The notes beneath the pieces are model-generated. The model saw only the letters and a list, made by a program, of their open reading frames with translations, was not told where the DNA came from and did not search any database. A DNA stretch of 61,087 nucleotides, the filler included, from Barthelona sp. PAP020 (lineage: Eukaryota), in the NCBI GenBank assembly GCA_040182905.1. It is 10 parts of 10 records of this genome, joined end to end, with 100 filler letters (N's around TTAATTAATTAA, not from the genome) between each part and the next. Parts side by side here need not be neighbours in the genome. Positions count along the whole stretch, not along the records: positions 24,788 to 30,819 come from JARQWU010000566.1; positions 30,920 to 36,944 come from JARQWU010000567.1; positions 37,045 to 42,983 come from JARQWU010000568.1; 7 more parts are not named here. One strand, written 5' to 3'. The position numbers and the translations under genes are program-made. Each line of letters begins with the position of its first letter. The stretch's first letter is position 1. Shown piece by piece: positions 30,385 through 41,113 of this stretch.

Positions 30385-30819
30385 TTTTTAAACAATAAAT
30401 TGATATCATTGTATTTTTTTGTGTTAAAAGTATTCTGATGGTTAAAATAAAGACTGAAGATTTGAAGTTGACACTGAGAAATTATTGACCTCACACCATA
30501 ATTGAAGTCAGAAAATATTTCTTTTGGTAAAATTGACTGTTTTGCAATCTGTTCTCATTTGTCTTTTTTTTTTGAGAGGATTTAATGGTTGTTTTCAAAT
30601 GGCAAATAAATCTATTTGCGAAATGTTCACTGTGACAAAGAATATGTAAATAAAAACAAACCTTTGCAAAATCAAAAAACAATTATTCAAATATTCACCA
30701 AATGTTAGATGAGTGATTTAGCTGATTCTGAAACAGTTAAAACATATATAAGATGCAGACCGAATTATGATGGAAGTCTTCCAATTACAAATTTCGAACC
30801 TAAGCACAACCCTGAAATC

Positions 30820-30919
30820 NNNNNNNNNNNNNNNNNNNNNNNNNNNNNNNNNNNNNNNNNNNNTTAATTAATTAANNNNNNNNNNNNNNNNNNNNNNNNN
30901 NNNNNNNNNNNNNNNNNNN
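30820..30919. other. Artificial contig linker
   Basis: N44-TTAATTAATTAA-N44. Confidence 0.98.
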
Positions 30920-30921
30920 TG

Positions 30922-33381
30922 AAAATTAAAGCTGTAGTGCACAAAGTATTAAGTGCAACAAGTTTCATTTTAAAGAAGGATGATGGTGAAGAAATTCACT
31001 TTTCATTATCTGATGTTGGAAATACTCCAAAAGTTGGATTTGCTGACAGAGTTGATGAACCTTATTCGTTTTTAGGACGTGAATTTGTACGTACGAGATT
31101 AATTGGTAAGGTTGTTTACTATGAAGTTACTGGTCAAAATGATTCACATTATTTTGGTATCATTTTACTTGGAGATGATAGAAGGTTAGCTGAACATGTG
31201 CTAGCTGCAGGATATACTCAAATTAAAGTTCCCGACTATATGCTAGAAAATGAAAGAATTCTTCCTTTGGTTGAGGCAGAAAATGAAGCTAAATCTAAGA
31301 AATGTGGTATTTGGAGTGAAAAGAACCCCAACACTGCTGTTCGTAAAATGAAATATGTTTTATCCACTCGTGAATGTAAAGAATTGCTTGGTGTTACGAC
31401 CAGATGTGTGGTCGAACAAATTATTTCTCCAAATTTTGTGCGTATAATGTTTAAAGATCCATCAACCAAAGGATTTCATTTTATTGAGACAGCTGTAAAC
31501 ATCGCTGGTATTTCTAGTGGTCCAATGCGCCGCAATGAAACCCCAGATGTTCACACAAAGACTGCATTCGATTACCTTAACGATAAAATGCTTCATCGTG
31601 ATTTCCAAATTACTTTTGTAAAGTTTGATACCAACAGAAATGGATTGTTCGCTTTTTATCCTTCTCCTGCATGGGAAACAATTCTTGCTAAAGGTTTGGT
31701 TCGCATTGATGATTATACCGTTGGTTTGATTCCTGATTATTCTAATTCACTGCGTTTAAGTGAAAAACAAGGTCAAACCAAAAAATTAGGAGTTTGGCAA
31801 AATTATGAACCATCTGCTCACATCAACACAGCTGAATGTGAGTGTGTTGTTCATGAAATTGTTTCTGGTGATTTATTCCGTTTGGGATATCCTGATGGAA
31901 CTATTAGATTATTTTCCTTAGCGAATGTTCGTGCACCAGCAATGGGTAGTTCAAAGAAGGAACCAGAAAGATTGGCATGGGAAGCTCGTGAATTTATGCG
32001 TCACCGTTTAATTGGGAAAAAAGTGATGGCTTTCACTGAATTCTCAAGGTCTATATTTGATGAAGATGTTGGATGTGGTTATCTTGAATTGAATGGTAAA
32101 AATATGAGTGTTGAAGGAGTAAAAGAAGGTTTGTTGAAAGTTATGCATTCCAAGCAAGGACATCCAAGAACTTTTTGCTTTGATGAACTTCTTGTTGCGG
32201 AAATTGCTGCTAAAGATGCTCGTCTTGGCTTGCATCTTCCTGAAGATAAACAACCTCGTTACAGATTTGTTGATATTGTTCATAAAACTGGAGGTCGAGA
32301 GACTATCATGGCTGAACTTCGAAGATACAAGAAAATGAAAGGAATTGTTGAACGTGTTTTGGCACCTTCAAGATTTCGTGTTACTATCCCTGATAGAAAC
32401 GTTTTGTGCAATTTAAATCTTGTTGAAGTTCGTTCCAATAATGATCATACCGAAGAAGAATTGGCTCAAATTTCCAGTTATTTACTTCAAAAGGAAATTG
32501 AGATTGATGTTGAAAGTATGACTAAAAACGGTAGTTTACGCGGAACTTTGTTCTTTAAGAATATGAACATTGCTTTATGGTTGACTGAAGAGGGTTTTGT
32601 TAGAGTTAACAATACGGACAGCGTGATTGCAAGCAGACTTTTTGTTTTGGAAGAACAAGCCAGAAAAGCAAAAAGAGGTTTGTGGAAGCGTTTTGTTCCT
32701 GTTCAACCTAAAATTGTTGAAAAGGAGGCTTTATATGAAATCACTGAATTGAACATTGTTGCTGCTGATTATTTGGACAGCATATATTCAGTAGTTCCTA
32801 TTTCTGTTGATTTGGCAAGTGGTTTGGTTGATTGTGATGAATTGAAGAAATCTACCACCTTCAAAATGGGTGAAATTGTCGCAGTTTATGTTGAAGAAAC
32901 TTGGTCAAGAGGCAAAATTGTTGATATTGTTGGTGGTTCTGTTGAAGTTGAATTCATTGATTTTTATGGGAAAACTACTGTTGCAATGAGCGATTTGAGA
33001 CATTTACCCGATGAATTAAATATTGTTCATTTCAAACCTTGTTTGAAGAGATATCGCTTGGCTTTCATTCATGATGAAGATGGAATTGATTCCTATCCTG
33101 GGGAATTCTTTGAGTTGGGTGAGAAAACTTGTGTTGTTTTGAGAAATTTCGACTCCAAATTACCCGAAATTATCATTATGGAAGGGAAAACTTTGGATGA
33201 ATCAGTTAATGCTAAAATGGCTAGAACTGGTGATGTGTTAATCAGAACATTCAAAGACAAATGGATTAAGGAAGCTAAAGAGGCTTGGGAAGTTATTGAC
33301 AGTCAATGTGAAATAGCTAGATCAAATGGCATTGGTTTGTATGAATTTGGTGATAAGTATTTTGAAGGAGATGCTTTATAA
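30922..33381 (+). CDS. SND1: Tudor staphylococcal nuclease (Tudor-SN/p100); start codon clipped by contig edge
   Basis: Four SN-like repeats (EPYSFLGREFVRTRLIGK, AWEAREFMRHRLIGKKV, AKSKKCGIWS, ARKAKRGLW), a Tudor domain (WSRGKIV...VEFIDFYG) and a C-terminal GLYEFGD. Confidence 0.93.
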   Translation, partial: KIKAVVHKVLSATSFILKKDDGEEIHFSLSDVGNTPKVGFADRVDEPYSFLGREFVRTRLIGKVVYYEVTGQNDSHYFGIILLGDDRRLAEHVLAAGYTQIKVPDYMLENERILPLVEAENEAKSKKCGIWSEKNPNTAVRKMKYVLSTRECKELLGVTTRCVVEQIISPNFVRIMFKDPSTKGFHFIETAVNIAGISSGPMRRNETPDVHTKTAFDYLNDKMLHRDFQITFVKFDTNRNGLFAFYPSPAWETILAKGLVRIDDYTVGLIPDYSNSLRLSEKQGQTKKLGVWQNYEPSAHINTAECECVVHEIVSGDLFRLGYPDGTIRLFSLANVRAPAMGSSKKEPERLAWEAREFMRHRLIGKKVMAFTEFSRSIFDEDVGCGYLELNGKNMSVEGVKEGLLKVMHSKQGHPRTFCFDELLVAEIAAKDARLGLHLPEDKQPRYRFVDIVHKTGGRETIMAELRRYKKMKGIVERVLAPSRFRVTIPDRNVLCNLNLVEVRSNNDHTEEELAQISSYLLQKEIEIDVESMTKNGSLRGTLFFKNMNIALWLTEEGFVRVNNTDSVIASRLFVLEEQARKAKRGLWKRFVPVQPKIVEKEALYEITELNIVAADYLDSIYSVVPISVDLASGLVDCDELKKSTTFKMGEIVAVYVEETWSRGKIVDIVGGSVEVEFIDFYGKTTVAMSDLRHLPDELNIVHFKPCLKRYRLAFIHDEDGIDSYPGEFFELGEKTCVVLRNFDSKLPEIIIMEGKTLDESVNAKMARTGDVLIRTFKDKWIKEAKEAWEVIDSQCEIARSNGIGLYEFGDKYFEGDAL

Positions 33382-33542
33382 GAGATATTTTAATTGTAAA
33401 TATGTGTCGGATTTTTCTTATTTGTGAATGCATCTGCTCAATTTGAGGTTTACCAATGAAGTTTAATCCAAAGCAACAACAATATTTGGTTTGAAAAGAA
33501 ATGATTCATCAAATTAATCTTTTTGTTTTTATTTTTTAAATT

Positions 33543-34142
33543 ATGAGTGAACAAGAAAGTACCAACACGTTTGGTAACATTGATGATGTATCTATTGAAA
33601 AGAATGGAGTTCAATTGTCGAATACTTCCTTAGAAGAGGCTATGAATGAAGATAATCATGATGAAACTTTAAATAATTGGAGAGAACAGGTATTAAAAGA
33701 ATCTGGAGCTGGTGAACCTTGTGAAATGACTAGAATTGTTGAATTGCAAATGATTTTTCCTTCTGGTGAACATGAACCTTTTGTATTTGATTTAACAAAT
33801 GAACAACAAATGCAAAGCTATTTAGACAATCCAATTGTTGTTAAACAAGGAGTTAAATTCCAATTCATTGCAAAAATTGAGGTTGGAAATGAAGTTCTTG
33901 TTGGTGTTCAAATGATCAATGCTACATATCGTTTGGGTATTAAAGTTGACCGTGTTGCCTATCGTATGGGCAGTTTTGCTCCTGGTCCTCAAACTCATGG
34001 ACCTTATCCTAGAACACCAGAAACAATGCCATCTGGATTTTTAGGTCGTGGTTCATATACTTGTTGGTGTAGAATTGTGGACGATGATGAAAGAGTATTC
34101 CTTGATTGGAGGTATGGGCTTAAAGTTGCCTCTGATTGGTAG
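33543..34142 (+). CDS. RhoGDI: Rho GDP-dissociation inhibitor
   Basis: DETLNNWREQVL, YRLGIKVD, MGSFAP, PSGFLGRGSY, DDD and C-terminal DW. Confidence 0.93.
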   Translation: MSEQESTNTFGNIDDVSIEKNGVQLSNTSLEEAMNEDNHDETLNNWREQVLKESGAGEPCEMTRIVELQMIFPSGEHEPFVFDLTNEQQMQSYLDNPIVVKQGVKFQFIAKIEVGNEVLVGVQMINATYRLGIKVDRVAYRMGSFAPGPQTHGPYPRTPETMPSGFLGRGSYTCWCRIVDDDERVFLDWRYGLKVASDW

Positions 34143-34239
34143 ATCTTTTGTTTATAAATTTTGTACATTAAGTCTTTTATTTTTGAATATGTTTTAGTTG
34201 TGATATTAAACAAAATATTTTTTTTTCTTTTGGTATTCG

Positions 34240-36944
34240 ATGTCATTTTATATTGCTGATAATAATCCTCCCAACTCAACTGATGCTATTCAAACATTAC
34301 AAGAAGGAGAAACTGAGGAAGTGATAAGATATTTACAAATGTTAACTCTTAAACAAAAGAGTGATCCCATCATAATTGATATATTTGTTAAGAATTTATA
34401 TTCCAGAGATGATGACAAGGCTTTAAAACGTGCCTGTTTGTTGTATTTGGAAAGTCATTATGATTCGCTTGGTGATTTCAGTACAATGATTTGCAATCAT
34501 GTTTTAAGAGATTTATTGCACATTAACGTTTATGTTGCAGCTTCAACCTTGAGATTGTTATCGAGAGTTGATAATGTGGAAATTTTACAAAATTGTTTGG
34601 ACGGTATCTACATGTCTTTGGAGCACAAAGAATCAACTGTGCGTTGTTGGGCTGTTACAGCATTATGGAATGTCTACAATAATTTACCCAATGTAAAAGA
34701 TCATGTTGCTGGAATGATCTATGAAATGTTGTTGAAAGAAACAGACACTACTGTCAAAAGAAAAGGTTTTTCTTTCCTATTTAATCATGATGCTGCAAAA
34801 GCATTACAATTATTGGATAAAGACTTTGTTCAAATAGAATCTGATGGTCAATATGCTTTATTCATTGTATGTATGTTGAAGAAATTGTTATTAAGTGACA
34901 AGACCAAGGCATCCCTTTCCAGTGAAATTCAAAACACTGCAAGTCGTATTTTAAACAGGTTTTTACAATCAACAGTTGATGTAGTTCGTTTTGAAGCAGT
35001 TGAAGGTTTGATTGCTTTAAGTCCGTCTGATTCTTTGCTGCAAGCAGCTGCTCAAACATACGTGGATATTTTTGTTTCTCAATCTGCTGATTCTAGAGCC
35101 AAAAACCTTGTTGTTGAACGTCTATTTCAGTTGCACAAACGTTATGGAAGTAAATTGGCCAGAATTGTTCCCGAAATATTGAAGTCCCTAAATAGCGTTT
35201 CGTTTATTTTACGTTTAAGACTTCTAGAATTGATCAGAGCCTTATTGGCAACATCTGTTGTTACTCAAACATTGGAAGTTACCATTAGCGAGTTATCATC
35301 ATTATTATTACAGAGTGAAGCATTCGAAAAGGCAGATTCCAAAGAATATATCTTGGGAATCATTGAAATGTATCAAGATATTATATTGAAGTTCCATATT
35401 GAACAATGTATTGATGGAATGGAAATATTATTGAAATATGCAGTTGTTGCTGATAGAGAAATTGCTAATGCTTCATTAGACTGTGTTTTGTTGATATTTA
35501 AAATGTTTGATGAACATAGGAATTCTATTGCACTGAAACTTGCTCAGCTTGTTTTTAAAACACCTCATAGAACCACTATCAGTTCGATATTAACCAATGT
35601 TGCTGCTGTGTGTGTTGATGATGTGAATTTGGCTGTTGAAATTTTGGATTTGTTGTTGGAAAAACTAAGTTTGAACAAAAAGGGTGATGAAAAGAAGGAA
35701 AAAGACGTTGCAGTATCTTCTTCAAACGTGATGATTGGACCAGATGGAAACTACATATCCAAAAAAGTTGCAGTTGACACATTGAAAGATAGTTTTAAAA
35801 TTGTCAATGTGTTGGAGGCACCTGCCAAATATTCAATCACTTCTCAGTTGGCTTTAGGTTTAACCAGGTTGTGTTTGCCTATTGTACGTGCCAAACATGA
35901 ACGTATCAGGTATTTCCATAGCGAAACATTATTGTTGGTCGTTCATTTTTTGAAAAATCGTGTTTATAAGGAGGGAAATAACAAATTTGAAATGGATAAA
36001 GTTGTTGTCCGTCGTTTGGAACAATGTGTGAATGCTTTATTAAAACCTGAATCAAATATTGCAGAAGCCTTTATTGTTGCTGGAAGAAAAATGTTTGAAA
36101 AAGTTGAAGATGATAAAGATTCAACTGGCAATAGTATCGATATCAATAGCTATTGTCTTTCCCTTTACGCAACTCCAGCCATAAGACAACTTAATGGTGG
36201 CTTTAAAACTTTGGAATATTCCTTTGATTCCCATGATATTGAAGATGTTGAAGTCACTCAATTATCTGGCCTTTCTGATCCTGTTTATTGTGAAGCAATA
36301 CTTTTGGTTTCTGATTTTTCGATTGAACTTTCCGTTATATTGACTAATCGAACACATGAAACAATAACCAACAGTATTTTATCTATTTATGTTCAAGGAG
36401 ATATCACAGTTAGCGATACATCTCAATCTTTTAATCTTGGACCAAATGAATCAATAGTGTTGACAACTCAATTGCAAGTGCTAAGTACAGAAGCTGGTGT
36501 AATTTTTGGTAGTGTTGTCTTTGCTGATGGTCGCTATATTCCTTTAGAATGTGTTCGTTTGGATGCATTCCATTTCTTAAGACCTTGCGAAATGAGTCTT
36601 CCTCATTTTAGATCTCAATGGATTTCTCAAGCCCAATGGGAACACTCAACAACATTGGAAAGTAATTTGAATTTAAAGAGCTTCATTGCTGAAGTTTTAA
36701 ATATCTCCAAAATGGCTTTAGTAGACCCAATTAAATTATCATCTTCAGCATTTGATGGTAAATTGATTTGTGTTTCTTTGGCTGGAAAGTCAGTCTTTAA
36801 TGATATTGTGTTGGCAAATATAACTTTGTCAGTCAATGAAAAAGCTGAAGGACTCTCTGGTCAATTGATAATTCGTGGACAAACTGAAGGAATTGTTAAT
36901 GCCATGGGCAATGGATTATCCAGATTGAATCTCAAAAAACAAAA
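34240..36944 (+). CDS. COPB1: Coatomer subunit beta (COPI), divergent; stop codon cut off by contig edge
   Basis: Adaptin-N solenoid (ICNHVLRDLLHINVYVAASTLRLL), GPDGNY, VTQLSGLSDPVYCEA, STEAGVIFG, FRSQW..WE, IRGQTEGIV. Confidence 0.9.
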
Positions 36945-37044
36945 NNNNNNNNNNNNNNNNNNNNNNNNNNNNNNNNNNNNNNNNNNNNTTAATTAATTAA
37001 NNNNNNNNNNNNNNNNNNNNNNNNNNNNNNNNNNNNNNNNNNNN
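36945..37044. other. Artificial contig linker
   Basis: N44-TTAATTAATTAA-N44. Confidence 0.98.
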
Positions 37045-38346
37045 TTCCTCAACATTTTTTTTTGCCTGCTTTTTTAATTCATCATTTTCTTTTTCCAGCA
37101 ATTGCTTTTCATTATCTTTTAACTTGATTTTGTTCTTGAATTCAATAATTCTCTTTTCATAATTGCTGATAATTTTTGTTTTTTCATTTTGAACCAATTG
37201 CACTTCTGTATTTTTATTTAATTGTTCCAAATTTTTGTGCTTTTCATTTTGTTCAATATTAACATACTGTTTCAATCTTTCATTCAAAAGGTTTTTTTCA
37301 CCTTCAAGTTCAATATTTCTTTTTTCAACATTTTCCAAACTTTTGTTCAAACTTACATTTTTTTCCCATAATTCTTCATTCAAACATTTGATTTCATCAA
37401 AATTTTCATCTAATTTTTTATTTTTCATCAACAATAGATCAAAGCTTTGTAGAAAGCTCTCATCGATTTTTTCTTTCAATTCACATATCAGTTCTTCATT
37501 TTGTGCTAATTTGACGTTATTTGTGGCTATAATTCTTTCCAATTCTTTAATTTTTGAATCACGATTCCTTAATTTCGATTCCATAGTCAATGATCTGTCT
37601 TCAATGGCAAATTCAATTCTTTCATCCATTTCAAGTCTCAAATTATTCAATTCTTCAGCCTTTTCAATAATCTCCTCATCTTTACATTCTAACATTGCTT
37701 TCAATTGTTTTATTTCATTTTCCAATGTTCTTTTTGTTTCTGAAAAATGATTGGTCTCATTATGTGCAATGTTTAGCGTCCTTTGAAATTTTTGATTGTC
37801 AATTTTAAAATTTTTCAATTCTTTTTCTAATGCTTGAATTGCGTGTTCGTATCGAGCCGTATTGGCTTCTAGTATAGTGCTACTGTTTTCTAATTCTAAC
37901 TTTGTTTCTTTAAATTGGCTATTTAATCTTTGAACTTGATCACACGATAATTTTGCTTTATTTCGTAATCTTTCTCTATCTTTTGTCAATTCGCCATTTT
38001 TGTTCAAACTATCTATATATCGTTGTTTTACAATCAAGAGTTTTGTTTCAAGATCCGTAATTGTCTCTTTTAATTCCATGTTTTCATTGTTTATTTTATT
38101 TTTACGCTTTTGTTCTTCATGATATTTGTGTCTTAAATTAATATTCTCTTGTTCTAAAGTGTTAATAGTCAACTGTAAGTTATAAATGTGTTCAGTTTCA
38201 ACTTTATCCATTTTATTTTTATTTGATTGATTTAATTCTGCAATTAAATGCATGTTTTCTTTGGTAACTTCCAATAATAAATTTCTTAAATGTTCATTTT
38301 CGTTTTGTAAATCAATATTTTTAACTTTTGTCACTGTATTCTGCAT
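37045..38346 (-). CDS. Coiled-coil protein (3' truncated)
   Basis: Continuous E/K/N/L heptad-rich ORF running to the contig edge. Confidence 0.7.
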
Positions 38347-38463
38347 ATTAATCAGTTCATATGATTATTTTAAAAATCAAACAGCAGAGATGAAAAAAAA
38401 TTTTTTTTCAAAGATTTATCTCGCTTGACTTTATTTATTTTTGTTGTAGTTTTGAGGTTAAAT

Positions 38464-39405
38464 ATGAATGATATGGATCAATTAAGCGATTTGTTGGCAT
38501 ATACGACCAATTTATCGGGAAATACACCTTTAACTGATGAACAAATTGCCGAAATAGAAAAACCGGATCTTGAAGTATTAAATGCCATTTTTCCTGATGC
38601 TTCAACAGTGTTCAATCCAATTAAAACAATTTTTTTGGATCCAAATCCGGATCTCCAAACATTACTCGAAGCTTTGGAAGATTTGGAAGATATTGTTGTT
38701 GAACATTACCATTCTTTAAATTTATTGCCAATGAATTTGTTGAAACCCCTTATTTTATTTTCGGAACATGAGAATATTGAAATTCAAAGGCAAGCAATCT
38801 TAGTCTTATGTTCTGCTTCTGGATCAAACATTGAATTTTTGGAACAATTGCTTGCAGAGGGATTTGCAGAAGTTTTATTGCGATTATTGGACAATCAAGA
38901 TTTAGTTATACAATTTCGTATTTTATCCATTCTTTCATCTTTTTTGCAACATTCAAATGAGTTCAGAGAGCGTTTTGGCGAAGAAAGTTTCATTAAAATG
39001 CTAGATTTATTTCCATCTAAGCATCTAGTTGAAGTTCAAAAAAGTAAAGCTGAGTTCAGGCTTGTTAGAAGAATTTTATTTATAATAGACACTTTAACAG
39101 ATGGAGTTTCATCTGAATATCCTTTTATCATTAATTTAGTTTACAGTAGTCCCTTTATAAATACTTTGGTTAACATATTTAATGATATTTCCATCGATAA
39201 AATCCAAATTTTGTGTAGTTTAGCAAACATTCTGAAAAATGGATTGATTAAAGGATTGATTCATCAATCTCTGATTGAAAATATTCAAGATTCAGCCACA
39301 ACACGCATTAATAATGTTAAATCAGATGCGAAAGATGACTGTGTGAAAGATTTTATCAATTCTTGTTTGGTTATCATTAAACAGATAAGAACAATTCAAA
39401 AATAA
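38464..39405 (+). CDS. Hsp70 nucleotide exchange factor, Fes1/HspBP1-like
   Basis: LEALEDLEDIV...LLKPLI...IQRQAILVLCSASGSNIEFLEQLL resembles the first ARM repeats of Fes1/HspBP1. First ATG 38464. Confidence 0.6.
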   Translation: MNDMDQLSDLLAYTTNLSGNTPLTDEQIAEIEKPDLEVLNAIFPDASTVFNPIKTIFLDPNPDLQTLLEALEDLEDIVVEHYHSLNLLPMNLLKPLILFSEHENIEIQRQAILVLCSASGSNIEFLEQLLAEGFAEVLLRLLDNQDLVIQFRILSILSSFLQHSNEFRERFGEESFIKMLDLFPSKHLVEVQKSKAEFRLVRRILFIIDTLTDGVSSEYPFIINLVYSSPFINTLVNIFNDISIDKIQILCSLANILKNGLIKGLIHQSLIENIQDSATTRINNVKSDAKDDCVKDFINSCLVIIKQIRTIQK

Positions 39406-39663
39406 CAGATTATAGATAAATTTATATTTTTATGTTTTCATTTCTGTGCTTTTAATCAAAATATTCAGTAGATCATTATGGATTTTTGGTTAAATACCTG
39501 CATCAAAAAAGAGATTTTTCTTTTCCTTCATTCATTCCTATTAATCATTGTTAAATAGATCTTTTAATTGAAGTTTTTTTTTGTTATTTTTTGGGAACAA
39601 ATTCAATGAAGCAAATGCATTGAATTGTTTTTTTTGTTTACCTAATGATTTAAACGTTGAGTG

Positions 39664-39972
39664 ATGAGTCATACGCGTTTACAAATAACACAATCTTTAC
39701 CTTATTCTCAATTTTTGTCTTTGAAAAATGAAAGCAAATCGATTGATAGAATTTTGACCGAAAACAGTGGTTCAAATAGAATTAAAAAATATTTTAATGC
39801 TTTATCGAATAAAAATAGTGACAAAATAAATGATTTTACACAACATTTTTGTCGTCTTTGTAATAATGTGGCGAAATATCGTTGTCCAGTTTGTTTTCAT
39901 TATTTTTGTTCATTTAATTGTCAAAAAGAACATATATGTGAAAAAGGAGATGATGATTCAATGAAAATGTAA
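39664..39972 (+). CDS. HIT-type zinc finger protein (ZNHIT1/Vps71-like)
   Basis: FCRLCNNVAKYRCPVCFHYFCSFNCQKEH matches the zf-HIT consensus. Confidence 0.85.
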   Translation: MSHTRLQITQSLPYSQFLSLKNESKSIDRILTENSGSNRIKKYFNALSNKNSDKINDFTQHFCRLCNNVAKYRCPVCFHYFCSFNCQKEHICEKGDDDSMKM

Positions 39973-40141
39973 ATATGTTGTTTCAATGTGTTTTTTTATT
40001 TTTATTTTTTATTTGTATTATGTGAATGATTTTGGTATCTTTTATCAAGATTTGTTTAATAAATAATAATAATACGTTAATGAAAAAAATTTCACTTTGA
40101 TAGAAAAGACCAAAAACAAAAAACAATAAAACATAACAAAA

Positions 40142-40795
40142 TCATTTATGTAATACAAAAAAGCACTTCCAAGACACATTAATGACACTTAATAAGAGAC
40201 TAAAAGGAATTGAACACTCCAGAGTTTTATTGGCGGAAGAAAAAAAGGAAAACATTTGCAAAACAACAAGACCTATCAAGAAATAATTTGAATAAGTTGG
40301 ATAAAGAAATCCAATCAAACCTACACAACTATGAATGTTGCTAGCCATTAGTAATGATATTATTAAGGAAATATTGACTGACAGATTGCTTAAAACATTG
40401 TTTTTTGCTTTACAAAAAAGTTTAATCAAATATATAAACAAAGATTCAAACATAATAATAATAAAAAGAAATTTGAGGACACATTGATAACTTGACGTTG
40501 TTTTAAATGGTAAGAAAAACATTAAATCACACAAAATTAAAATGAACAAAGATAAAACTGCATGTTCTTTGGAAAATTTTGAATTGAATACCATATGTCT
40601 GATACAAGTAGGTTCCATTAATACACAATCAATAAAACATATTAATGGCTCCTTATCAAAATATTCATCCGAATAATGATGGCATTTTGGACATTTAGAA
40701 AGAACATCTGTTGAATCAATCGTTGTAAATAAATTCTTTGTCGGTGTCAAACAATGAATACATCTATATGGTAATTTTTGTGTTTCGTTGTTCAT
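40142..40795 (-). CDS. ARV1: ARV1 family ER membrane protein
   Basis: Arv1 homology domain CIHC...LSKCPKC...DEY...FIDCVLMEP..RHMVFN, followed by TM helices. Confidence 0.88.
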   Translation of the reverse strand: MNNETQKLPYRCIHCLTPTKNLFTTIDSTDVLSKCPKCHHYSDEYFDKEPLICFIDCVLMEPTCIRHMVFNSKFSKEHAVLSLFILILCDLMFFLPFKTTSSYQCVLKFLFIIIMFESLFIYLIKLFCKAKNNVLSNLSVNISLIISLLMASNIHSCVGLIGFLYPTYSNYFLIGLVVLQMFSFFSSANKTLECSIPFSLLLSVINVSWKCFFVLHK

Positions 40796-41113
40796 TTGTC
40801 CCTTAAAAAAACAATTAATTTAAAAACAAACAAAATTGAGTTATTAATATTCAATAAATTATAATATACTAAATATTTGAATAAAACCTGTCGTATTTGA
40901 CAAGGAAATAATTTATAACAAACAATTATTTTTTTATTGAATTTGATTTCTTCAAATACTGGAAATAATTTTTTGTTTTTCATCAGTTAATGACAAGAAA
41001 TAATAGAAAGAAAGAATTTTATTGTGAAATGAAATGATTTGAAAACATGATTATACACTGTCAAAAGTATTATGACAGTGTTTTTATTTTTTAATTGAAG
41101 AAAAGAACAAACG

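Noticed and set aside
37235..37750. Antisense and overlapping short ORFs in the track (e.g. 37235-37750, 52171-52716, 45538-45945)
   Set aside because: They are F/S/L/I-rich shadows of the real genes on the opposite strand, with no independent motif.
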